From Chloroflexota bacterium (lineage in GTDB: Bacteria; Chloroflexota; Dehalococcoidia; Lucifugimonadales; GCA-002723415), in NCBI GenBank assembly GCA_002723415.1, contig PBOA01000009.1:23258-87257 (forward strand): 64,000 nt of DNA. Direction: 5' to 3'. Below the pieces are notes generated by a model, which saw nothing but the letters and a program-made list of their open reading frames with translations, did no database searches and was not told where the DNA came from. The position numbers and the translations under genes are program-made. Below, in pieces: positions 20,474-28,482 of the stretch (position 1 is the first letter of the stretch; every line of letters begins with the position of its first letter).

Positions 20474-21151
20474 TTACAGCACTTCTCTATCATTTAAAAT
20501 TTCTTCTTTGGTAATGTGAGAAGCATCACAAAATCTATTAACTTTAAAATAAGCAGGATTGTTTTGTGTAAAACCTTTCTCTATCCATCTTGTTTTATCA
20601 AAATCGAAATCAAAAATAGCTGTATTAGGTATATTAATTTTACAAACAATATTAGATTTCAATATAGCTGATATTAAGTGCTGCATTATTCCTCCATGCG
20701 TAAAAATTAATATAGTATCCTCGTCTGAATGGTTTTCAAACAAAAACTCCATAACCAAATTAGCTCTTTCGGACATATCTAAATAAGATTCGGCCCCGTC
20801 AACTAAATCCCAATTTATTCCCTTATCAAACCCTTCAATTAATGTTCCAAATTTACTTTCTATTTCAGGCCACGTTAAATTAGAGAATACTCCTACATCA
20901 TGCTCAATAATTTTTTCCCATTTTTTAATTTCAATTTTCCAATTTTTGCAAACAATACTTGCTGTTTGAAAAGTTCTTGATAATGGACTTGAATAAATGT
21001 GCGTTGGAATTAGTTTTTCGTTATAAAACCTATCCTGCAACTTCTTTGCCTCCTCTATACCCATATTGCTGAGGCTATAGTCTGCGTGTCCTTGCATTCT
21101 TTTTGATGCATTTGCAATTGATTCTGCGTGCCTAATAAATATAATTCTCAT
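20474..21151 (-). CDS. Histidine phosphatase (phosphoglycerate-mutase superfamily)
   Basis: RHAES, SSPLSRTFQTA, FTHGG. Confidence 0.88.
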   Translation of the reverse strand: MRIIFIRHAESIANASKRMQGHADYSLSNMGIEEAKKLQDRFYNEKLIPTHIYSSPLSRTFQTASIVCKNWKIEIKKWEKIIEHDVGVFSNLTWPEIESKFGTLIEGFDKGINWDLVDGAESYLDMSERANLVMEFLFENHSDEDTILIFTHGGIMQHLISAILKSNIVCKINIPNTAIFDFDFDKTRWIEKGFTQNNPAYFKVNRFCDASHITKEEILNDREVL

Positions 21152-21732
21152 AATTCGCTCAGATCACTATAGCTTGAAGGCCAAATCTCCCCCTTTTCAT
21201 TTGCTGTTAAAAATGAAAAAAACTTATAACCTCTTTTTTTAATTTCATTGCTTCCGCCTTCGTTTCTGTCCAAAATAGATGCAACCTGAACAACCGTACA
21301 CCCTTGATTTTCTATTGCTTCTATTGCCATAAAAAGGCTTCTAGCCGTAGTACAAGTATCATCAACAACCATTACATTCATTCCTTCATATAAAGTTCCT
21401 TCAATTTGCTTTTTCCCACCATGGGCCTTTTGATCTTTCCTAACTAGCAACCCTGAAATAGGCCTCTTTTCCATAAAACTGGAAAAGATTACTGATGCAA
21501 CTATAGGGTCTGCACCTATAGTTGGCCCCGCAATAGCATTTGCCCCAACTTTATAAGCCAAAGCTAACATCCCTTTAGCAATATAATAAGATCCTTCAGG
21601 GTCAAGTGTTAAAATCCTTCCATCAAAATAAAATGGGCTTTTACCTCCTGCAGATAAATCAAATGACCCAAAAAGTAATGCTTTTTTTTCTTTGGCAAGT
21701 TCTAAAACCCTCTCAGAAATGTTTTTGTCCAT
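21148..21732 (-). CDS. pyrE: Orotate phosphoribosyltransferase
   Basis: FDLSAGGKSPFYFD, VRKDQKAHG, PRPP loop VVDDTCTT. Confidence 0.9.
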   Translation of the reverse strand: MDKNISERVLELAKEKKALLFGSFDLSAGGKSPFYFDGRILTLDPEGSYYIAKGMLALAYKVGANAIAGPTIGADPIVASVIFSSFMEKRPISGLLVRKDQKAHGGKKQIEGTLYEGMNVMVVDDTCTTARSLFMAIEAIENQGCTVVQVASILDRNEGGSNEIKKRGYKFFSFLTANEKGEIWPSSYSDLSEL

Positions 21733-21742
21733 ATACTACCTC

Positions 21743-22318
21743 TTAATATTTATACAATTTGTTCTTTCTTATATAATCTTCTACTTTTTCTGGAACAAGC
21801 AAGTCTAAATTTGAACCTTGTTTTATTTTTTCTCTTATTTCACTTGCACTAACTTCAATAAATTTACCATCAATAATATTAAATTTAATATTTTTCATAT
21901 ATGACTTAGCGCTATTAAATCCAGGCCTATTAATAACAAAAAATTCTGAAGATTGTATCAAATCTTTATACCTGTGCCATTTTTTAATATCACTTAAAAC
22001 ATCTGAGCCTAAAAGAATACAAGGCTTATCTTCAGAATTTTTTTTATTAAGATCGGACAATGTATCGACCATATAAGTGGGGCCTTTTCTTTGAATATCT
22101 ACATCTGAGACAAAAAATGCTGGATTTGAATCTATAGCAATCTTTATCATATTTAACCTGTGAAATGCGCTTACTGTATTAGAGCTTTTCATCCAGGGAT
22201 TTCCCGCAGGCACAAATATAACTTTATTAAAGTTATATGAATTTAATGCCAGTTCGGCTGCCAATAAATGCCCCTTATGTATTGGGTCAAATGTTCCTCC
22301 AAATATAATTTCTCTCAC
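21743..22318 (-). CDS. nadD: Nicotinate-nucleotide adenylyltransferase
   Basis: FGGTFDPIHKGH, GPTYMVDT, LLGSD, VSASEIR; GTG start. Confidence 0.95.
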   Translation of the reverse strand: MREIIFGGTFDPIHKGHLLAAELALNSYNFNKVIFVPAGNPWMKSSNTVSAFHRLNMIKIAIDSNPAFFVSDVDIQRKGPTYMVDTLSDLNKKNSEDKPCILLGSDVLSDIKKWHRYKDLIQSSEFFVINRPGFNSAKSYMKNIKFNIIDGKFIEVSASEIREKIKQGSNLDLLVPEKVEDYIRKNKLYKY

Positions 22319-23565
22319 ATATTACCCCATTTCCACTCAGCTTCACCAATTCTCACCAAGCTACCTTCTTCAATTCCATAATCAATCAGTTTTTTAAAAA
22401 CTCCAGCCTTTTCTAAGAAAGCGTTCCATTGGGCTTTAGCATTCCAGTCTCTAAAGTCCACCATCCCTGAAACCCTCTCTCCTTTTCGGTACTCTACTAT
22501 AAATACACCATCTTTCTTAAGTATATTGATCTCATCTTGTATTTTTACAGGGACATCGTTTCTAATATATGAAGTAACCCTATCACAAGGAATATTCTTT
22601 AAAAGAGTTTCAATAGATTCTAGCAATGAACTGAGTCCTTCCCCTGTTAAAGCTGATATAAACACAGGGGACAGGGGATAAACCATTTCTTTTATTGAGC
22701 TTTTTTCTATGTTCATTTGGTCAACTTTATTAATAACAAGTAATTTCGGCTTGTTATTTAAACCTGATTGACTCATTTTTAATTCTGCATCAATCAAGCC
22801 AATATCATTTTTTATGTCAGAGGATGTCCCGTCAACTAAGTGGATTAGAGCTTGGGTTTTTTTAGCATGTTTTAAAAACTCAATTCCTAGTCCTGCGCCC
22901 TTATGTGCTCCTTCTATAAGTCCTGGAACTTCAATTACTTTTATAGTTTTTTCATCATTATAAATATTTACCATTCCAATTACTGGCTCGAGGGTTGTAA
23001 AAGGATATCCTGCTATTTTAGGCTTGGCCTTACTAATTCGTGATAAAGTCGTTGATTTACCAGCATTAGGAAGACCCACTATACCCACCTCTGCAAGTAT
23101 CCTCATTTCAAGTTTTAGTTGTTTTGAAGTAGTTTGTACTCCTTTTTCTGCCAATAATGGAAATCTATTGACTGGCGATACAAACCACTTATTTCCTTTT
23201 CCTCCACTTCCTCCATGTTGTAAAACAACTTCATCTTTGTTTTTTAATAATTCTGCGTAAGGATCACTCTCTTCGTCTTTATATATATATGTTCCAACAG
23301 GAACTTCTATAATCAAATTATTAGAATCCGAACCATGTTTTAGCCTTGGCTTTCCAGAATGCCCATCTGTCGCAAAAAACTTTTCGCCATTTCTAATATG
23401 ATTTAAAGTGTTTAAATTGTGGCTGGCTTTTACTATTATATCTCCTCCTTTTCCTCCATCACCCCCGTCAGGTCCACCAGCAGATACAAACTTTTCTTTC
23501 CTCCCACTAATACAACCATCTCCACCATTACCCGCCTTTATTGTAATTAATACTTCATCAATCAT
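22315..23565 (-). CDS. obgE: Obg/CgtA GTPase
   Basis: Gly-rich Obg fold (GGPDGGDGGKGG), G1 GLPNAGKS, G2 YPFTT, G4 NKVD, C-terminal OCT-like domain. Confidence 0.96.
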   Translation of the reverse strand: MIDEVLITIKAGNGGDGCISGRKEKFVSAGGPDGGDGGKGGDIIVKASHNLNTLNHIRNGEKFFATDGHSGKPRLKHGSDSNNLIIEVPVGTYIYKDEESDPYAELLKNKDEVVLQHGGSGGKGNKWFVSPVNRFPLLAEKGVQTTSKQLKLEMRILAEVGIVGLPNAGKSTTLSRISKAKPKIAGYPFTTLEPVIGMVNIYNDEKTIKVIEVPGLIEGAHKGAGLGIEFLKHAKKTQALIHLVDGTSSDIKNDIGLIDAELKMSQSGLNNKPKLLVINKVDQMNIEKSSIKEMVYPLSPVFISALTGEGLSSLLESIETLLKNIPCDRVTSYIRNDVPVKIQDEINILKKDGVFIVEYRKGERVSGMVDFRDWNAKAQWNAFLEKAGVFKKLIDYGIEEGSLVRIGEAEWKWGNM

Positions 23566-23580
23566 TTAATTTAATCCAAT

Positions 23581-23823
23581 ATATATAATAATAATAATAA
23601 TAATGTTTATTTGTATACTAATATAAAGATTTTAGTGGTTTTAGGAATAATTTTAACACAAAGTATTGGTTGATATGAGTTTATATTTGTTACTTCTATG
23701 TTCTTTGTTGAGTTTCCTTTTTGTTGACAAGAAGGGGAGCTTTTTATAGGAGAACACAAGTCAACGGTTTATAAACGCATAGGAAACCCTTCCGTTGATT
23801 TAGGCAGATAAGAGGGTTGATAT
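23581..23823. other. Predicted chromosomal replication origin (oriC)
   Basis: Intergenic region just downstream of dnaA; + strand changes from C-rich to G/T-rich here (by eye); AT-rich tract with (TAA)6; six GTTGA/TCAAC cores; TTTAACACA (23652-23660) is one mismatch from TTWTNCACA. Confidence 0.7.
23586..23603 (+). repeat. (TAA)6 trinucleotide array, candidate DnaA-trios
   Basis: Six perfect TAA units (3'-AAT-5') immediately followed by box-like TGTTTATTT (23604-23612). Confidence 0.6.
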
Positions 23824-25131
23824 TGTTTTGTTGTAATTAATATCTTCCTGCATTTTTTTAATAGAGTTGTTTAGTATTTTGATCACGGTGGAGTGTGATC
23901 GTCCACCAAGTTTTCTTCCGATGTCAGTTGGCCCCAGGTTGGTTTTTTCACTAAGAAGGTGTATCGTTATCATTCTTCCTAAAGCTATTGACTTAGCCCT
24001 GTTTGTGCTTTCAATTTCACTTTCGTCTATTTTTAAATGTTTTGCTACAAGCGATAAGATATCCTCCGCAGAAAATATTTTTTTTGTTTGTGAAGTAAAT
24101 TCAGAGGAGAGGTCTCTAGCTTTATCAAGAGTAAGCTCTTTTTTAGATATTTTTGCATATGCGGTGAGCCTCGTTAGGGCTCCCTCAATATCCCTTATGC
24201 TCTTAAACTTTTGTTCTGCTAGAAAAGATATGATTGATGGGTTTATATAAAACCCTGTTGCTTCTAATTTTGATGATAATATAGCAGCCTTTGTTTCTAA
24301 TTCAGGCTTTTTGATGTCTACTATAAGCCCACTTTTTAATCGTGACTGAATTCTTTTTTCAAGCTGGTGCAGTTCGGAAACAGGTCTGTCACTAGCAATG
24401 ACAATTTGTTTGTTTAAGAGATGCAAATAATTAAACATATGAAAAAAGGCTTCTTGTGTTTGTTCTTTTCCAATTAAAAACTGTATATCATCAATAAGTA
24501 TAACGTCAGATTTTCGCAAATTATCTCGAAATTCACTAGTTTTCCCATTTTTAATCGAAGATATAAATTGATTTGTGTATTCTTCAGAAGTTAAATATAA
24601 AGAAGAGGCTTTTTTGATATTGGAAGCGGTGCCAATGGAATGAAGTAAGTGGGTTTTGCCCAGCCCGACTTCAGAATAAATAAATAAAGGGTTATATAAA
24701 ACCCCAGGATTTTCAGATACTGCCAGGGCTGCATGATAAGCAAGTTCATTTGATTCTCCAACAACAAATGAACTAAAAGTGTAGCGATCGTTTAAAGGTA
24801 GTAATGGAGTAAAAACATTTTCTTTATTTTCTTTTTTGATATTTTTTGCTTGGCGTGATGGCTTTGTAGTAGAATTTTTTCCAACAACAACAAATTTCAA
24901 ATCAATATTAGTTGATGCAATCCTCTGTGTGGTTTCAGAAATAAGCGGATACATCCTATTCTGTAGCATTTCAGCAACAAAAATATTTGGAGTGCCAACA
25001 GTAAGGGTATTGTCTTTAGATTCTAGCCCAATGGTATCTTTTAGCCAAGTTTCATATGTTGGTCTTGTGATTTGTATTTGGAGATCTCCAAGGACTGTTT
25101 GCCAAATATTTTTTGCAGTTAAATCAGTCAT
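23800..25131 (-). CDS. dnaA: Chromosomal replication initiator DnaA
   Basis: Domain I (W...TYETW), YTFSSFVVGESN, YNPLFIY, GLGKTHLL, LIDDIQF, domain IV GGRSHSTV. Confidence 0.97.
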   Translation of the reverse strand: MTDLTAKNIWQTVLGDLQIQITRPTYETWLKDTIGLESKDNTLTVGTPNIFVAEMLQNRMYPLISETTQRIASTNIDLKFVVVGKNSTTKPSRQAKNIKKENKENVFTPLLPLNDRYTFSSFVVGESNELAYHAALAVSENPGVLYNPLFIYSEVGLGKTHLLHSIGTASNIKKASSLYLTSEEYTNQFISSIKNGKTSEFRDNLRKSDVILIDDIQFLIGKEQTQEAFFHMFNYLHLLNKQIVIASDRPVSELHQLEKRIQSRLKSGLIVDIKKPELETKAAILSSKLEATGFYINPSIISFLAEQKFKSIRDIEGALTRLTAYAKISKKELTLDKARDLSSEFTSQTKKIFSAEDILSLVAKHLKIDESEIESTNRAKSIALGRMITIHLLSEKTNLGPTDIGRKLGGRSHSTVIKILNNSIKKMQEDINYNKTISTLLSA

Positions 25132-25284
25132 TTTTTCCTGTATAATAATAATGAATAGAAATAGATTTTAACATAACAAAATATCAAAATTGCAAGCATA
25201 AAATTGCGAATTTTTCATCATTAAAAATAATTCTGAATTAGCTAAAATTTGATGCATTGCTAAAAGAAGGGATAACAAGGCTTT

Positions 25285-26094
25285 ATGCTCAGTAAAAGCG
25301 GGCAAACATGCTTGCACACCGTTATACAGGTAGCCCTTGACGCAGGGAGTGTTTTAAGAAAAAAATTTACTCTCGATAAAACTATAAAATATAAAGGATT
25401 GAGAGATATTGTTACAGATGTAGACCTGTTGGTAGAAAAGAAAATAAGAGAAAATTTAAAAGAGGAATTTCCTGAAATTGGATTTGTTGGAGAAGAAAGT
25501 GTTGGAAAGGAAGATATTGATTATAAAGAAGGGTACAAATGGATTGTTGATCCTATAGATGGAACAAGGAATTTTGCTGCGGGCATTCCTTTTTTTTCTT
25601 TAGTAATTGGATTAAGTTTTAATAATAAAATAATATTGGCAGTAAACTATGATCCTTTAAGGAATGAAATGTTTTCTGTTGAAAAAGGAAAAGGGGCTTT
25701 TTTAAATAAAAAGAAGATAAATGTGTCAACAAAAAATTCACTTGAACAAAGTATTGTTGGAATAGATTTATCATATGACGCAAACGGGGCTATTAATACT
25801 ATAGAACCAATTATTAAAATGTGGCCAAAAATACAAACAGCTCGGATCATGGGGTCAGCAGCCCTGGGATTATCATATGTTGCTTCAGGAAGAACGGATT
25901 TATATTTTCATTATCAATTACAGCCCTGGGATCAGGTTGCTGGTATATTGCTTGTAAATGAAGCAGGGGGGGTCGTTTCAGATAGAGAAGGGAAGAAAAT
26001 TAAAATTTTTAGTAACGGAATAGTTGCCGCGAATAAAAAAATACATATGGAATTTTTAGAAATAAGCAGAGGGTTAGATTTTACTAAAATTTAA
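25285..26094 (+). CDS. suhB: Inositol monophosphatase family protein (SuhB-like)
   Basis: VTDVD, GEE, WIVDPIDGTRNF, GSAAL, PWDQVAG. Confidence 0.85.
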   Translation: MLSKSGQTCLHTVIQVALDAGSVLRKKFTLDKTIKYKGLRDIVTDVDLLVEKKIRENLKEEFPEIGFVGEESVGKEDIDYKEGYKWIVDPIDGTRNFAAGIPFFSLVIGLSFNNKIILAVNYDPLRNEMFSVEKGKGAFLNKKKINVSTKNSLEQSIVGIDLSYDANGAINTIEPIIKMWPKIQTARIMGSAALGLSYVASGRTDLYFHYQLQPWDQVAGILLVNEAGGVVSDREGKKIKIFSNGIVAANKKIHMEFLEISRGLDFTKI

Positions 26095-26106
26095 CCCAGA
26101 ATTAGA

Positions 26107-26295
26107 TTATCTAATCCTTTTGCGCCTTATTCTTCTCATGCTTCTTTGTTTGTCAAGACGGACCTGCTCACCTTTTGATCTAAAAAATCTTTTGTTTCGA
26201 AGATCCCTTAATATGCCAGAACGTTGCATAATAGTTTGAAATCTTTTTAAAAGTCCTTCGGGGTCTTCTCGGTCGCGAAGTTTAACGTAAGCCAA
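26107..26295 (-). CDS. rpsU: 30S ribosomal protein bS21
   Basis: VKLRDREDPEGLLKRF...GILRDLRNKRFF; basic 62 aa; AGGAG + TTG start. Confidence 0.9.
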   Translation of the reverse strand: MAYVKLRDREDPEGLLKRFQTIMQRSGILRDLRNKRFFRSKGEQVRLDKQRSMRRIRRKRIR

Positions 26296-26375
26296 GGTTA
26301 TCTCTCTCCTAAATTATTTTTGGTATTATCAGATATAATTGTACCATAATATCATTTATCGAACATCAAATATAT

Positions 26376-27065
26376 TTAGATTAAGGGCCAAGGGACGTTA
26401 TAATAAGGGTTAAGGTGAGGCACGTAAGGGTTTTTAATTAGAATGTTTAATCGATTTATCAGAGCTTGATATTCTATGTCTGAAATAAAGGAATTTATAT
26501 TATCAGATATAGAATGCCTTTGATTTAATTGTTCTAAAAAAATGATTAAATCGTTAATGATATCTTTAGGGATTTTTTTCCCTTCGAAATCAAAAATTAC
26601 CGTTCGAACTTTAAAAATATGATGAAAGGTAAGGCCGTGGTCAATACTCCATAAAATATCATTATAATCTAGTAAAAAATGACCTCCTTTTCTGTCAGCA
26701 TTATTAACTATAATATCAAAAATTGCTATTTTTAATAAATCATCAGGAAATCTATTTAGTAATGTAAAATAATTTTCTTGTTTTTTATACTTTACAAGTT
26801 TTTGGACTGATCCTATTCCGTGAGGACCTTCATAAATTAATGTTTCTGGTATGTTTGGCCAACCTAATGTTTGGCTAACCAAATATGCTGCAAATTCTCT
26901 TTTATATAAAGTTCCAGGTGAAAAATCTATTAATGGTTTTTCTCCTAATTTAGGCTTATATATTGATTCAATTAAATTGTTATCTAAGTCACAAATAGTT
27001 GCGTGAAAAACTTTATTAGATCCAGTAAGAATTGGATTTGAAATTAAAAGATCATTTATTTTCAT
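26376..27065 (-). CDS. SCO1664-family PI3/PI4-kinase-like protein
   Basis: YKPKLGEKPLIDF, REFAAY, GSVQ, FDIIVNNADRKGGH, IDHGLTF, PWPL; family recognised from memory. Confidence 0.85.
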   Translation of the reverse strand: MKINDLLISNPILTGSNKVFHATICDLDNNLIESIYKPKLGEKPLIDFSPGTLYKREFAAYLVSQTLGWPNIPETLIYEGPHGIGSVQKLVKYKKQENYFTLLNRFPDDLLKIAIFDIIVNNADRKGGHFLLDYNDILWSIDHGLTFHHIFKVRTVIFDFEGKKIPKDIINDLIIFLEQLNQRHSISDNINSFISDIEYQALINRLNILIKNPYVPHLNPYYNVPWPLI

Positions 27066-27087
27066 ATTACTCCATGAATCAGATCAT

Positions 27088-27603
27088 TTATGTTTCAAAT
27101 TGTAGGTCTTCTTTATTTATGTGTCCATTAGTTCTCGGGCAATTATGTCCTTCAGGGTTTATAGCTTCTCCACAGAGAGGGCAAAGGGGCCTGCCAGCTG
27201 CACATACCTTTAAAGCGTCTGAAGCAAAAATTTTGATTTTTTCAGAAGATGTATATATTTGTAAAGTGGGAGTATTTTTTGAGGCAGAATCATAAATATC
27301 AAAAACGAATAATTTTGATAAAGGGTCTTTTTTTACTTCTAGCCGGATTAATTTAATATCTAATATAAATTTTTCATTATTTTTTAAATCCTTTTCCAAA
27401 ATGTCGTTGCTTAAATCTTTATCATTTGCTGACAACTCTTGAATGATCAAAGACAGTTGAACTAGCTGTTCTTTTTCTAGCCTTATTGTTGCCTTGCCTT
27501 CGTTTCCTTCAGCTAATATGTAGAAAGTTCTATTACCTGGTTTTCCTTCAGAGAAAGGCTGGAAAGATCTAAGGTTGGTTAATTTATTAATTGATTCACT
27601 CAT
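27088..27603 (-). CDS. DUF3090-family protein with C-terminal Cys/His motif
   Basis: GKPGNRTFY, LEKEQL, AAGRPLCPLCGEAINPEGHNCPRTNGH; adjacent to the SCO1664 gene. Confidence 0.85.
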   Translation of the reverse strand: MSESINKLTNLRSFQPFSEGKPGNRTFYILAEGNEGKATIRLEKEQLVQLSLIIQELSANDKDLSNDILEKDLKNNEKFILDIKLIRLEVKKDPLSKLFVFDIYDSASKNTPTLQIYTSSEKIKIFASDALKVCAAGRPLCPLCGEAINPEGHNCPRTNGHINKEDLQFET

Positions 27604-27694
27604 AAATTTACACTCAACTGATTATATGAAAAATTAATACAATAGTTATTATATTAATTTAGTGCAAAAAAGCACAAGCCTTAATTTTATCAAG

Positions 27695-28453
27695 CTATTT
27701 TCCAGTGTTTAAAAGTATTGAAGAAGCTATATATCCAGCTCCAAACCCGTTATCTATGTTAACTACGCTTACTCCTGGAGAACAAGAATTTAACATACTT
27801 AATAGGGCTGCTATTCCATTAAAGCTGGATCCATAACCTACGCTAGTTGGAACAGCGATTATCGGCACGCTTACTAAGCCTGAAACTACTGAAGGCAAGG
27901 CTCCGTCCATCCCTGCAGTAACTATTATAACTTTTGCTTTTTGTATACTTTTAATTTGAGAAAAAAGCCTATGTAATCCTGCAACTCCAACATCAAAAAG
28001 GTGTTCTACTGTACAACCCATTGATTCTGCAGTAATAATAGCTTCTTTAGCTACAGGTATATCTGATGTTCCAGCTGCTAGAACCATAATTCCTGGAGTT
28101 TTATTTTTTAAATTATTAAGTTTGTTTACAAATATGATTTTTGAAATTTCATCGAATTTTGCATCACTGTAAAATTTTTTAATTTCTAAAAATGTTTCTA
28201 AGTTCGACCTAGTTATTAAAAGATCTTTAGATTGTGAAAGAATAGATTTTGCAATTGTAACAACTTGTTCTTTTGTCTTGCCTTCAGCATAAATTACTTC
28301 AGGAAACCCTTTTCTAATTGCTCTGTGGTGATCTATTTTTGCAAAATCTATGTCTTCGAAAGGAAGAAAGCTGAGCTTATCGATTATTTCGTCAATCCCA
28401 ATTTTTTCTTCTTTATATTGATTTAATAAACTTATTAAAATATCTTTATTTAT
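27695..28453 (-). CDS. larB: LarB-family nickel-pincer nucleotide biosynthesis protein (extended 5' of the ORF track; ATA start)
   Basis: LPFEDIDFAKIDHHR...GFPEVIYAEGKT upstream of the ORF-track start; AAGTSD, DVGVAGLHR, AGMDGAL, PTSVGYG, VNIDNGFGA; AAGGAG + 6 nt + ATA at 28453. Confidence 0.9.
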   Translation of the reverse strand: MNKDILISLLNQYKEEKIGIDEIIDKLSFLPFEDIDFAKIDHHRAIRKGFPEVIYAEGKTKEQVVTIAKSILSQSKDLLITRSNLETFLEIKKFYSDAKFDEISKIIFVNKLNNLKNKTPGIMVLAAGTSDIPVAKEAIITAESMGCTVEHLFDVGVAGLHRLFSQIKSIQKAKVIIVTAGMDGALPSVVSGLVSVPIIAVPTSVGYGSSFNGIAALLSMLNSCSPGVSVVNIDNGFGAGYIASSILLNTGK

Positions 28454-28482
28454 CTTATTCTCCTTATTTTTGATTAAGAATT

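Noticed and set aside
25132-25284. oriC upstream of dnaA
   Set aside because: No box-like repeats or trio array there; dnaA itself already shows the right-replichore composition, placing the switch downstream of the gene
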